Of a stretch of 64,000 nucleotides of DNA, positions 36,231-51,050 are shown piece by piece (position 1 is the stretch's first letter; each line of letters begins with the position of its first letter). The notes under the pieces were generated by a model that saw only the letters and a list, made by a program, of their open reading frames with translations, did no database searches and had not been told where the DNA came from. This DNA is from Novakomyces olei (taxonomy: Eukaryota): contig JADEYG010000009.1 of NCBI GenBank assembly GCA_016906335.1, positions 1,054,001 through 1,118,000 of the forward strand. The letters run 5' to 3'. Position numbers and translations under genes: made by a program.

Positions 36231-38024
36231 CTAATTGCTCTGCTTACACCATACAATAACGTCGCCTCTGCGCCTCCAGTCGTCATGGAAATGGGCATTG
36301 AAAAAGCGTGCGCACTATAATATATTTAGAAAAATTTCATAAAGATTTCACATACCTCATAATAATTTTGAGTGTAATTGAGCAAAAAGGGTTCAAGCTG
36401 TTGGAAAAAAACAAGCCGATCAGGCCAGTTGTACAAGCGGCCGTCCATGTTTTGCTCACAAAACAGTTCTGGATTATCGTAAAATTGATCTGCCTCGTCA
36501 CGGTAATTCTCAACTTGAGATTTTGTCAGCCTATTTATTAGCGACCCTTTCTGGGAGCACTCTTCCTTCTTTAATAAATTGGTCTTTATATGTTCCTTAT
36601 TCGATCATTATCTCTATTTCTTCAATTTTTAAAATCTCAAACTTACCCGATAGGCGGCTCACAGGACAACGCCCATATGCTGACATCCGGCCTGTGTAAA
36701 TGGCTCTGCCAAGGTGTTGAATGACAGGGCATAAGAAACCCAATATCAGATTCGAACGGAGCTTCCGATCGAAGATGCTTCATAACTGCAATAACGCCCG
36801 ACTGGTGAATACGTATCAAGTACAGGCCGGCAACCAAATTTAAAGCGCAGCAAAATAATAGTACATACCGCCTGTATACTCCTGGAACTCGCTGAATCCC
36901 AATTGCAGCTTGGCAAAGGCAAATTGGAAGAAGTGGCATAATAAAACGGACCTCCTTATGCTCAGATAATGTGTAGCACAGAATGGTTCCAGCGATTACT
37001 GTCTTTGATCTCAGATCAGCTACTGAAAATCCATAAATCCAAAAGGGAACAAAGGCAAACAGTAATAGTCCGATGCCTTCTGTTGGGTAGTAAAGAATGC
37101 GCGATCGGCCATAATGAATGGAGAGAGCATCGACCAAATTGAAATTGAGAAAGGTGTACACCGGGAACACGAGTTTTTGGTAATAAAAGTAGTCTATAAT
37201 CGTGTTTATCGAGATTGATATAAACCTGGTTTGTTAGACTGAAATAAAATTTTGGAAACAAATAAATAAATAAATAAAGAGCTCGACTTACCCAATTAAA
37301 GCAACACTAAATACTAGCCGGGCCAGTTCGCGTTTGTTTTGGCACTGTCCAACTGTAAAAGATCCATAAAGAAGCCATACAACAGCATTAGTAGGCCGAA
37401 TCAAGCATGCAATCGCCGCCAGACAGAGCACAATCCACAGACGGGACGAATTCAGTTGACGTGCATTTCGAGGCCAATAAACCATTACCGCCGCTGTCAA
37501 GCTCGTCTCAAAAGAATTGGAAAAAGTTCTGACCGCCGCAAACATGGAAAACATGGAGAAAGTGCAGCAAAGCGCCTTGAACACTGGTCAGAATATACAA
37601 TTTTGTGCTTCCACTTACCGTATATCTCGATATTTGACGCGAATTAGGGTACAGAATGAGAGCCAATTCTACCGTAAATGCGTCTCCTACGCCTGCCACG
37701 ATCCCCTGAAAGGCCTTTGGGAACGTAACCTTTTCAAACGCGTCAGTATTATTGTATACGTGCACTACTTTTCAGTACCAAGGCAGATGTATTCTCCAGA
37801 CGCAGATACTGCACGGCCTTATATACACCAGCAAAGACGGCAGGATGCAAAGCGCTCCGGACTGCTTCACGCCATTCCCATGTAAGCTGCCCGTACCCAA
37901 AGACCATATGATGAGCTACCTCCAGCGACTGGTAATACTCGTCTGGCTGAAAATATGTGCAAACAAGTATTGCGTTCAATACGCGTAAAGCGCAAAAGTA
38001 TGCTAGCAATGCTCGCCTGCTCAT
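36231..38024 (-). CDS. GPI10: GPI mannosyltransferase 3 (PIG-B)
   Basis: TYFQPDEYYQSLEVAH, LTWEW, RTFSNSFET, RPTN, HKEVRFI, LMPCHSTPWQSH and HFHDDWRRRGD. Confidence 0.94.
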
Positions 38025-38209
38025 TGCGCCAGACTGAACGCGGTCAATGCATTGTAGGAGCGTTGGAGGAGCGAAAGCATTGGCTGATTGAATGACTTCA
38101 AAATCATTTGGCCGCTGCCATTATCACTGAACAATATACTAAAAAATAAATGTTAATTTAACGTATAAAATGTTACGGTAGATTGCATAATCACTGTCAA
38201 AAAATTTGC

Positions 38210-38317
<108 letters not shown>

Positions 38318-38369
38318 AGTTAATTAATTAATTACCTTATCGACTCGGATAGAGCCATTGCGGAGGCCA

Positions 38370-38723
38370 ATGATTCTAAACAAATTGGTGGGTTTCCGAC
38401 CCATCGCCGGTGCGTCAATTATTCGGCGCTGTTATAGTCAGCCAACAGAGCGTGCTCGACATGTATGTCCCCTGTGTTTCATTCTACTAACGCTTAAGGC
38501 TTCATTTTACCAGAATTACGGGTACGCGCTGTTGAAGGCGCTTTGCATGTCATCGTTTGTTTATTTGTCCTACCATTGCGCGTGGTGGTACCTAGATCTG
38601 CAAGAAATGCGCCGTGCCAGAGAAAGTGAGCTTTTGCCATCATTCAATTCTCAATCTAACATTGAACAAGTCAAATTAAAAGAGGCGGAGGAGACTCTAA
38701 AGCAGGTGTCTACTACGTTATAG
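38370..38723 (+). CDS. Small mitochondrial inner-membrane protein, Ina17-like
   Basis: Presequence ending RRCYS, then FYQNYG..LLK and a single TM segment followed by a short coiled coil; two short introns with AAG acceptors. Confidence 0.6.
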   Translation: MILNKLVGFRPIAGASIIRRCYSQPTERARHVCPLCFILLTLKASFYQNYGYALLKALCMSSFVYLSYHCAWWYLDLQEMRRARESELLPSFNSQSNIEQVKLKEAEETLKQVSTTL

Positions 38724-39185
38724 GAACTGGCAGCTTGCATAACAATTTCATACACACACAACACGAATACGTAACCACGGCACTAGACGGTCAAGGACTA
38801 TACGAGTCTAATTTTCATATTAACATTTGCCAAAATCTATACTGTGCTGTCGCAGCAGCTTTTAAGTGCACCGACAGGATTGAAAGCAGATGTTTAGTAA
38901 TATTATTTATTGGTCAGTCAGAGGAGAAGCAGATTATCCGGAATATTTATTTATATTGAGATTTACTGCCCACTTTTTATCGTCTTTGGCACACTGCGTT
39001 AAACGATGAGATCTCATCTCAAAGTCTCGCCTATGCTGCACGGCCACCCAGAATAACAGCTCGGCTGTTGTAATAGAAACAAGTTTAGGAGGAATAGAGA
39101 TTGATCAATACTCAGCAACGACAGCTAGATGGATTATGATAAAGCAACAGATTTTCAACCTGTGACCCGGTCGTGTACCCATAGC

Positions 39186-39617
<432 letters not shown>

Positions 39618-39828
39618 TTAATATATTTATTAATATTTATTAATATTTATTAATCTACAAAGAATTATACATGTCCATTACACGGCTGGCCACATCGCGC
39701 TCGAGCTACCATGGCTCCTTGAGGGACTAATCGTCTTGTAGAGCACGATCAATTTTTCGCGCTTTTAAAACCACGAAAATGCGTTTGAGTACCTGCTTAT
39801 TGCAAAAGCTATATCCTGAGGCCCACAA

Positions 39829-41336
39829 ATGAATTATTTCCTGCAAAATCGTGAGATCGTCCATAGTGGAGCCCGCGAACTGCGAGTAGCTCAAACTGAA
39901 CGATACTGGCGCTCAATTGATACAGAGATCCATGCGCATTTTGCGCAAAGGCACACTAATGCGGTTAATGCTCTTTCACTAGACTCGCAACAAAGTCGCT
40001 GGTAAGCAGTCTTATGGGCGTTTCTGGACGGCAATGCGTTATAACCAGAGAACCGTTGCTATTCCGTAAAATAAGCACAAAATGTTTTAATAAAATAATA
40101 TTTTAATCAGGTTATATACGTCGCATGCGATCTTGCGAATTACTGTCGCCTCCCTTAAGGTGCATACTAAACATTTAGGCTCTTATCTGGCGGCGCAGAC
40201 ACAGTAATAAATATATGGGACCTTGAAGACCCGGCGCCGGCTCTGCCGGCGGCTACTATTCCACAGTACGAGTTCAACGTTTATCATTATTTCTATTTTT
40301 TATTTTATGTATTTTTACAAATTAATGCTAATCGTTAGAAAGCGCGCGCACTCGTACGGTGTCTCGGACGTCCGGTGGTGGCCTCTAGATCCCGGTCTGT
40401 TTACGTCATCGTCGTTTGATGGCTTTTTGCGTGCGTGGGATGCTACTGCGCTGGAGGCGGTTTGTGACTTTGATCTAGAATCTAAAGTATATTGCCATGC
40501 CGCGTCTCCCGTGGGCGCTCACGCGCTTATCGCTGTAGCATCAGAGCATCCAATTATACGACTCTGTGACTTAGACACGGGTGCTTTCTCCCATACGTTG
40601 CGTGGGCATACTGGCCGTGTAACCGCACTGGCCTGGAGCCCACATAATGCATACATTTTGGCTTCCGCTGGTGTGGATCAGACCATTCGTGTGTGGGATA
40701 TTCGTCGGGCGGCTTCGCAAGTGGCCACACTGCAGCACGGCCGCCCACGTCGGCGCGTGGGCGGGAATGCTCCTGCCCACGGACGAGCCCACACATCCCA
40801 GGTAAATGGGATTGCGTGGACACCGGATTCTCTCTATCTCGCTTCTGCCGGCCGAGATGACGTCATACGCGTGTGGGATATGGTGAGCTGTACCGACACG
40901 TTAATTTCCACAGGGCCTTTTATACGCAATCAGCACTTTCAAACAGTGAATCCGTTTATTCTGAGCCACGATTGCTTGAAAATGCCGCTTGTATTTTTCC
41001 CGAATGACGACGGGTCTCTTGTTTTAATCGCACTTGACGGGACTCTTATAAATAGATTTCGACTCGGGAACCACCGAGTATCGTGCGTAACCGGTTCTCC
41101 AGACGGTGAGGTATGTGATGGAGTGATACACATTTAATATTTTTTTGTGTAAATTGTTCTTTTAGGACCATACTAATAAACAGAAAATTCTCGCAGCAGG
41201 ACTGGACGCAAAAATTCATATGCTACGGCCTTCGCTGTATGCGGCAGAGGAAGAAGAAATGATCAGCGCCTCCGAAAGAAATGCAGTTGCCGATGCTTAC
41301 CGAGCTGTTCAAGCTACAACAGTCACTTTCTCATAG
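39829..41336 (+). CDS. RAD28: WD40 DNA-repair protein CSA/ERCC8 (Rad28/Ckn1-like)
   Basis: MNYFLQNRE start; VRWWPLDPGLFTSSSFD, IRLCDLDTGAFSHTLRGH, WDIRRA and AHTSQVNG; three introns. Confidence 0.88.
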
Positions 41337-41491
41337 ACTTAAGTGGCGGTTGAGAGTTTTCTGCTCTGCAAGAAATATGCTGTGGTAGCGAGGCGCTGAG
41401 CGGTTTTTTCGAATGGTGGTTTTCTTTTAATTGTGCGTCACCAAACAATAATAATTAATTTATCGCTGTTCCCTCATAAATCAGCTTTTTT

Positions 41492-43046
<1,555 letters not shown>

Positions 43047-43246
43047 GCAGACTCGTCACTCGTACATATTGAGGGTGTCGCTCAAGTCAAGTGGCAATTT
43101 TAATTTCAAATTTTATCAATAATTTATTTATTACGCTTTAATTAATTAATTGATTGATTAATTAATTAATCAAAGCAGTTGTATATATTTCGCTTACTTT
43201 TGTACTGCAACTACCATTGTACTGCAGTTACTGTACTGCTACATCA

Positions 43247-43259
43247 AGGGTTAGGGTTA
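43247..43259. promoter_or_regulatory. AGGGTTAGGGTTA telobox between TRM140 and mL59 genes
   Basis: Two telomere-type repeats about 85 bp upstream of the ATG at 43343. Confidence 0.6.
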
Positions 43260-43342
43260 TTATGAGCACAGAGATAATAAATAAATAATTTAATAATCCA
43301 AATGTGCACTACTTTTAATTGCTCTCTGAAATTACAATCTGG

Positions 43343-43812
43343 ATGGCGTCTGTGCGCGCTCAGTTCAACGCTCTTCCAAAAGCCCTTCGCGGCTTTTTCC
43401 AGCGTTACCCTCCTTCGTCGCCCACTGCCTGGGCCGTTGAGGGCGAACAGCGTTTGAATCCGTTTTTACCGTCTCGCAACCCGATCTCTGGCAACTGGAA
43501 CGAACCGAAATATTCAAACAGGCGGCAGGCCGATCTATACAAGGCCGCCCGGCGTCTCGGACTCGATCAGTTCCTGCCAAAGGAGTCACGGTGGAACCAG
43601 GGCAGCGAGCCGGCGGGTATTATTCGTGGAGCGCGGTTCTTCAAGAAGACTATTCCGGAGCGGACAAAGGCTAAACGGGAACTCCGCATCCAAGAGGCTT
43701 TGGCTGACATGGATGCGCGTGTGAAGAGGCTGCAATTGGTATGCGCTGTCTGTACTAATAACATTAACTTTTCTAGTCCAAACGCCGGGCCGGCCGCGCG
43801 CCAAGGAAATAG
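43343..43812 (+). CDS. MRPL25: Mitochondrial ribosomal protein mL59
   Basis: FFQRYPP and NPFLPSRNPISGNWNEPKYSNRRQADLYKAA; intron 43739-43776, then SKRRAGRAPRK*. Confidence 0.88.
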
Positions 43813-44213
43813 AGGAATGAAACAACAGTCAGAGAGCCAAAACGTGGAGAGCCAAAAAGTGCCTGCCGGTTTAGATATACGCTTTGTAATTAATGGTCCT
43901 TTGCTTAACTTGACCGTTCCCACAGTTTTCCTAGTCCTGATTGCTGCGTGCAAAGGGTATAGGGAATGATTTGCCGAGTAAGCACTTTGTAGAATAAGGC
44001 TCCTCCGCTTGCGCCTTGCTAGTGCGCGGCAATCTACTATCTACACTGTAATTTGTCTTTTATAATGATGCACACATGACTATTAAACGGTACAAACCCT
44101 GAAAGTACAAAAGGCACGATAAAAATAAGAATAAAATAACAGTTATAATTAAAAGAAATACAGGTAAAAGTGTCAAAACAAACGAAACAATCTCCTCCTA
44201 CTTTTGGATATCA

Positions 44214-47200
44214 TCACGAGTCGTGGCTGCGTCGGTTCACTGTTCCATCTGCGTCAAACTGGTCGCAGTTCATCATATTGCTCAAGCTCGAAGGAGACCG
44301 AGGAAGGCTTGTTGCCACAGGCTGATGTGCCTGGCTCGAAACTTGCGAGAGTTTTGTTCTCAATGTCTCGCTTCGTTTTCTGATAGAGGTCATTACTAAT
44401 GAGTTAGAAAAGTGCATGTGTCCCAATTTTATAACAATAGATTTGATCTATTCTGAATATTTAAATCTCGAAATAATTCGAAATTAAAAATAGCATTGAA
44501 AGCACAAAGTAAAAATTCCGATGCTTACACTGCGTAACCGCTCGTTTCTCGGCCTCATCAACCGAATCATCGGGGCCCATAACGCTCGGAGTAGGCTCGA
44601 TAATTGCCTCCAACAAGTAAATTGATGATTGGTACATTTGCAGACAGTCCACAAAGTCCTCGCCCACTAGTTCGCTGACTGCAGCCATCCGACTCTGTTT
44701 CGAATTAGGACCATGTCAAAAGCAAACAATTAAAAATGAAATAAAGTATGTGAAATGCAAAATTCGCGATATTGAACAAGAACCAAAAATAATAGAATAA
44801 TTAAAATAATTCTAAAATTAATTAAATACATATCCATACCAATTCCAAAGCTTTGTCGTATAAAAGCTTCTCTGCCACAATCCTTTGTTCACGTGTCTCT
44901 GGCAGCCTTGTTTTTACAAATTCTGCCTTTTCCAAGCACTCGTTAAATTTGTCCCGTACCCATTGTACGGCATTATTAAGCCGTGTGGTAACTCGCCTAT
45001 TTGACTTTACATACTCCGCCACTAGATCGACACAGCGTTGTAAAAGAGCCAATGTTTTACAGTACAAAACCATTGATTCTTCACAGAGAATTGCGATATC
45101 TCCAAGGGGCAAAGCCGATTTTTGTCGGCTTGAGAGTGCGTTCTTATCGTCGCCTCCACCATTATTGTTATCTACCAAACTTTCCGGAATCAGCTGTGAA
45201 AGTTTGATCTCTGCAAACTGATAGACAACATTCATTCGCAGTAACACTGTACTCAATTCTTCGAACAAAGCCTCCTCCAATGGAACAGATATTTCTGATT
45301 GACCGAAAAACCGTGCAAGCGAAGGAGAAAACTGGCCAGAGTCTGACCATATTGATGGAGGACTTACACCGCCGAATAATCTGACTCCTGCGAGCGAAAT
45401 TGCTTTGGAGAGCGCAGAAGAACTTGAGCCAAAATTGTTGCTCATACGACGAGAACCAACTTTTCGCAGATTGGGTCTTACAACAACTGCCTCTGAAGAC
45501 TGTGCAGGCGGGATTGGAACCGGACTGCGATCGTCAATTGGACTAGCTGCTTTTGTCTCTGGCGTGTTTGAAACAGAAATTTCTCTGTTGTTCAGTGAGG
45601 AACTTGGAATAGCCTTTGCCGGCTCTGCTTGTCTTTGGGGGATAAAACTATAGCGTCGCAAAAACCGTCGCTGGTTCCGATTGTTTGAGAAATCTAACAT
45701 TAGAATGTTGGACTGTACATCGGCAAAAAAAAAAATGTAACATAAAAGCAAATGAGAAAACTAATATAGAATGAATTTAAAATAAATTTAAATATAAAAT
45801 TAAATACCATCTGCAAACGCATTGACTTCCACTGAAGCCTTCTCGACCACCACATAGTCCTGATCAATACTGCTTGAATTTTCATTAGAATTGCGTCCGG
45901 CAATTTCAGTGTTGGGCGAGGAAATGTCCGAATATGGAGCCTGAGCAAGTTGCAAAGACGCGTCTTTAGAAGAATTAGCAAAAGGCGTAATAGCATTATC
46001 TGTTTCATTTGACTGCTCTTGTTGGGGTTTGACTGGCGATTGAGATTGAGATTGAGACTGAGATCTCGCTTTTGGTTTCGATCTCGGCAAGCCGGAGCTT
46101 GTTTCATTATGGCCAGGATGGCTTTTGTATGTCGAGTCTGATGAATTCTCCGGGCTTGGTGTCGGTAACTGCCCTTGAAGGCTTTTGTTATGTTGCTGTT
46201 CAGGGTAAGAAAGACCAGGATTTTCTGTCTTTAAAGGTAAACTTTCTTGCGCTAAAGGCTGGTCCCTCGCTGTTTCAATAACTGATCTCCCTATAATTCT
46301 CTCCAGCTCCGTGTTTGAAGGTGTTCCTCCGGTGAGCCCCAGTAAATCAGTTGTAGCATTAGCAATATTGGGATCGTCCGGTAAGGGCTCTAGTATCACC
46401 GGGTCTCTGAAAAAATCATTAAATCCTATCCGATCGATCGGGTTCCGTCTGAGCAGTCGCCGAACAAGCTGCCGAATGTCTGCATCATCGCTGTTATTAA
46501 ACTTATTATCATGTTCGCCAGGGAAACTGATCTTGTCGTTATAGCGCTCGATTTTTTTCAATAACTCGAGATGATTTTGAGCACGGTAGGGGGGTTTCCC
46601 CACAAGCATTTCATAAGTAACGGCACCAACGGACCACAGATCCGCTCGAGCATCGTACTTTTCGTACCGCAGTATTTCCGGTGCCATATAAAGTGGGCTT
46701 CCACAAAGTGTTTCCGCTAAAGACGCTTGTTGCAAGTATCTGGCAAACCCAAAGTCAGCAATTTTCAGCATTGGAGCCTCAGGATGTCCAATGTAGGGCG
46801 TTGAGCGACGGGCAAACGTGTCCTTGTCCGGAGGAGGACACAATAATAAGTTTTGTGGTTTGATATCGCGATGTATCAAATTGTGTTTGCGAAGGAAAGC
46901 AACAGCGGCGGCTGAAAAGTTAGTTGATAGAGCAGGCGAAGGAAGCAAGACTCATTGTACGCTCAAACGGAAGTGTAAAACTAAAACCAAAACCAATAAA
47001 GCAATTAAAGACAAAATAAACCAAAGTTTGGATAAATTGAAACAGCTGGAAGGGAGATTAACAATAGGCGACTAGATATTATACTCATGGCTCCCAAAAA
47101 ACTGAAATCCGGGAGTCTTGAGTCTTTAACCAAACGATACATATTTGACAAATACATTAAAACGTGCAATAAAACGTACAACGGACTTATTGGCGGTAGA

Positions 47201-47873
47201 AGCGAGCATAAATTCACTTGATGACAGAAAAGAGCAACAAAAAAAAACCAAGCCCATCCAAACTTACCAAGCTGCTTCAAAAAATGGCGGACCAACACAT
47301 GATTAATTCCGCCACGCTGACTGTTTGGCCACCGTTTAACAACAGCATCAAGCCCGGGAGTTTCGTCTAGTTTGTCGCGAGAACGAATAAACCAAAAGAG
47401 ATCTCCATACGAGCAATACTCCATGATAAGATTGATATGCTGTGCGGAACTGCAGCAGTCAACAAGCTGAACCACATGCTCGTGCCGTAGCATTTTAAGG
47501 ATTTTGATTTCGCTTTCCAGATTATCTAGCAGCTTCTTTGTGAGTCGTGACCGGTGTACTACTTTAATTGCGACTGGCGAGTAAGGCGCGTCCTAACCGA
47601 GTCAGTACCAAGACCAAAGTAATTCAAGGTCAAAGCATTGCAAATAAATATTTCAAATAAAATGTGCAAAATAAGCACAAAGCAAGTAAACCCTACCTTT
47701 TGTCTTGCACGGTAAACGGTGGCAAAAGATCCCTTCCCAATCTCCTGCTCCATTCTGTAATCGCCCACAGTGATTTCTGTGGCTTCGTCCGGCCGCGACA
47801 TAGTGCCCGTGAATCTACTTGCAAACCCTACTTCCTTCCGCTCTGGCTTCTGATAGTTGTTGGCTGCAGACAA
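44214..47873 (-). CDS. ATG1: Autophagy Ser/Thr kinase Atg1
   Basis: [57 protein letters not shown]-like DYVVVEK and C-terminal tandem MIT region ([17 protein letters not shown]). Confidence 0.96.
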
Positions 47874-49180
47874 ACTATGCTTTCCGCATTCCTCAAGTCC
47901 CCTTTATCCGCTGCTCTGTTCAAACGACTCGACAGCCTGTATGCAACAGTTTGAGAATTACCCCGTATGCTTTGATTCAGATAATCAAAGTTTGGCGCTG
48001 TTCACGACCAGCGCCATAAGCCGGCACCAACGTACACGTCAGCTGCTTTATTATAATTTGAAATATATGCACAAAAAGCGGGTTATGAATAGCCTTTTGC
48101 TCGTGTCGGCCTCGTTCACATCATACGCACTAGTCGCATAAATACAGATTATTTGTATTTATATTTATTACATCGTATCTTTATCTATCCTATCTCTCTA
48201 TCTGTATCCATCGACATATTCGGCACCACAGTATGTAACGCGCATACTAAAATGTCCCGCGTTTCTTTCGTCTCGTTTTTTACAATATTTCATAAGTACA
48301 GTGCACAAAAGTCTATAGTGCCATGACGACATGTTGATATGTCAAAAATGGACTCTGTCATATTTGTCAGATTTTGTAAATATTTGCCTATATTGTCTAT
48401 TTTTGCCTATTTTTGTCATACGGATATTGCTGACATTCGCAAAAGTCACGAATGCGATAAACAGAGTTAAAGGACTGTATATTACTCTCGCGTGCTTTGT
48501 GCCGGTTTGGCAGAATATAACATAATTTTCTACTCGACCATAGTAGTGCCTTTTATGCGTCACGCTTTATGCCCGTAACGCTCATTTTGTCCGTAAAGCT
48601 TTTTATCCCGAGTTTTGCCCTCGGCGCTGCGTTACGTAAAGATTGTCTCGCGATGCTACGGCTCAGAGATTTGCGATATCATAATAATAAAATACAACCA
48701 ACTACTCTATATACTGGCTCATTGCACATATATGGCCTGTTTTATAGATTTCTGTATTTTACATTTATACAATTCCGTATAGTGCTTATTACTATTTGCT
48801 CACAGACCCGTTTGCGTGGCGAGTCAGTCGCGTTCGCTACGGCTTTTGCAATTTATAGGGCGATTATTTAAATATAGTTGCCGCCAAATATACACAGTCT
48901 CAACCTCAAATTCTGCCTTTCCGCCGTAGATTTAGTGATGTTTCCGGTACCAGGAACGGCGTTCAGGTGCCAACGATTGTAAATAAAGTCACGAAAAAAT
49001 AAAGTCAAAATAGATAATTATAATAGCCGCCAGCGTGACAAGAGGAATATGACTGTACGCGCTTGGCGCCAAAAAGCTGACGCGTTACTTTGAGACTAGT
49101 GTTTGTTCCATAAGCCGTTCGACCTCGTTGAGCTTTTACAAGAAAAAGTAGAGCAAACCCAAAACTGCTGTGCAGCCAAA

Positions 49181-49975
49181 ATGCTATGTCGCACCAAATT
49201 CGTGTCTTTAGCACGGCTGAACCGGACGAATTCCTGTCGCAGATTTACAAACTTTTTCTCCAACGAGCCGCAGACTTTTGTTAGTTCGCGAGTATTACCG
49301 TACGTGCCTTTTACCGCCGTTTTATACGCCAAACTAATGACGACAAAAAAGGTACCGCCGGGAAGTGCTATTTGACGTTGTTTCCGATGTTTCCTCCTAC
49401 CAAGAGTTTTTGCCTTTTTGCAAGGAATCCACAGTGCGCGCGTTTGACAAACAAACGGGCCTTCCTAGCACTGCCGATCTAGTTATTGGTTGGGAAACGG
49501 TTCAAGAACGATTTACAAGCTCAATCGTCTGCCAACGGCCGTCGTTAGTCAAGGTATAAATTACTGATTCTTACTCGGTGGTGTCTGCCGATGTCGCCGA
49601 TTTTACAAGATTAATGCATTGGCAAATTCTAATTGTACTGCTTAAATTTGGCATGTCTTTAATGCCCTTTCATGATTTATTGTTTGACTGTTCTTTCCTC
49701 AAAGCTTTGCCAGGCACTCTAAATTGACAATCTGTTCTAACCCTTAGGCAATTGGGGAGAAGCATTCACTGTTTGATCAATTAGAGGCTACGTGGCAATT
49801 AAATGAAACCAAGTCCGAGCCTTCGCCCGGGACAGAGATTGTTCTCCGGGTTTCCTGTCGCTTCTCGAACCCGTTGTTTACTGCTATGGCTGGTGAACTC
49901 GTACCTCAAATTGCGTCCAAAATGGCCGATGCTTTTGAGCAACGCGCCATATCAGTACTGTCAAGGGCGCCTTGA
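49181..49975 (+). CDS. COQ10: Coenzyme Q-binding START-domain protein
   Basis: Presequence; LFDVVSDVSSYQEFLPFC, ERFTS, SLFDQLEATW and MADAFEQRA; two introns. Confidence 0.9.
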
Positions 49976-50229
49976 AGCACAGGCTGACTTGGGCATAGCA
50001 TACACAATTAGAATCAATGTTAAATCAAAATGCATTAGCTGTTCCACTAGTTTGGTGCCATCTATCTACATGTAGCTAATTTTACATACAGTTTTTTTTT
50101 GTTTTATTTTCTCATGCATTGCGATTATTTATCTATATTATTCCTGTTGATCAGTATACAAAAAATTAATATATATAAAAAGTGTCGGCGTAGAAACATC
50201 ACGCCTACCAATCTCGACAGGCAAACGTA

Positions 50230-50925
50230 ATGGCTGTGAAGGGCATTGAGTGCATAGATTCCAGTGTCGAAACCTCTCAGGTAAGTGTCGCATATATTGC
50301 GTTATTGGACTAATGTAAAGCTGGAATGCTTAAACATCGACGCGGAAGGCGCTATTGGTGACGCGTTCAAGGAAAATGGAAAGCCGATACAGTCAGACAC
50401 GGACGAACAGCTTATGATTTACGTGCCGGTACGTTGGAGCTAAAGCACTTCTTATTGAAGCGAGGAAAAAAATAAAAAATAAATGCTCGTATTTATCATA
50501 AGCGTTTTTCAGCGTGAACAAAAATTATAATAGAATAAAGCGGCTAAAGCTAATACCAGTTTCGCGCTACCGTCAAAATCCATTCACTACAGATACGGTG
50601 CTCTCCAGACGCTATCGATGAAGCACCTGCTTCAATTTCCTTATTTTCGAATACTCCGACTTGCGTGTCTTTCGATGAGGCTGATACAAGTGAGCCGACA
50701 CAGCGAATTGATGAGATAAACTACGATAATGACGGATTTGCTACGATACCCTTACGTTTTGTGAAATTTCAACGCGTATCTAACGTTACATTGTTCATTG
50801 ACGCCAACAAGGGAGGAGGGGATAAAACAAAATTAAAAAGAATCTCCTTCCATGGTGCTTCTGCCTTGTCGGGTATGTCGGGAAGCTCAAAGCTGGAGAA
50901 GATTGGAGACGAAGCCGGCGAATAA
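50230..50925 (+). CDS. PITH-domain protein (TXNL1/Txl1-type PITH, no thioredoxin domain)
   Basis: Spliced QLECLN, SDTDEQLMIYVPF, VKIHSLQI and IPLRFVKFQ.V; two introns. Confidence 0.85.
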
Positions 50926-51050
50926 TGGCAGGGGTCAAGCATTCAGGCATATAAATACATGTATAAAAAGGAATTACATAAATTTGGAGTCTATACGTCA
51001 ATTCATCTACATGCTTTCTTTTTGACTCACTGGCCAATAGTAAAAGGCGC

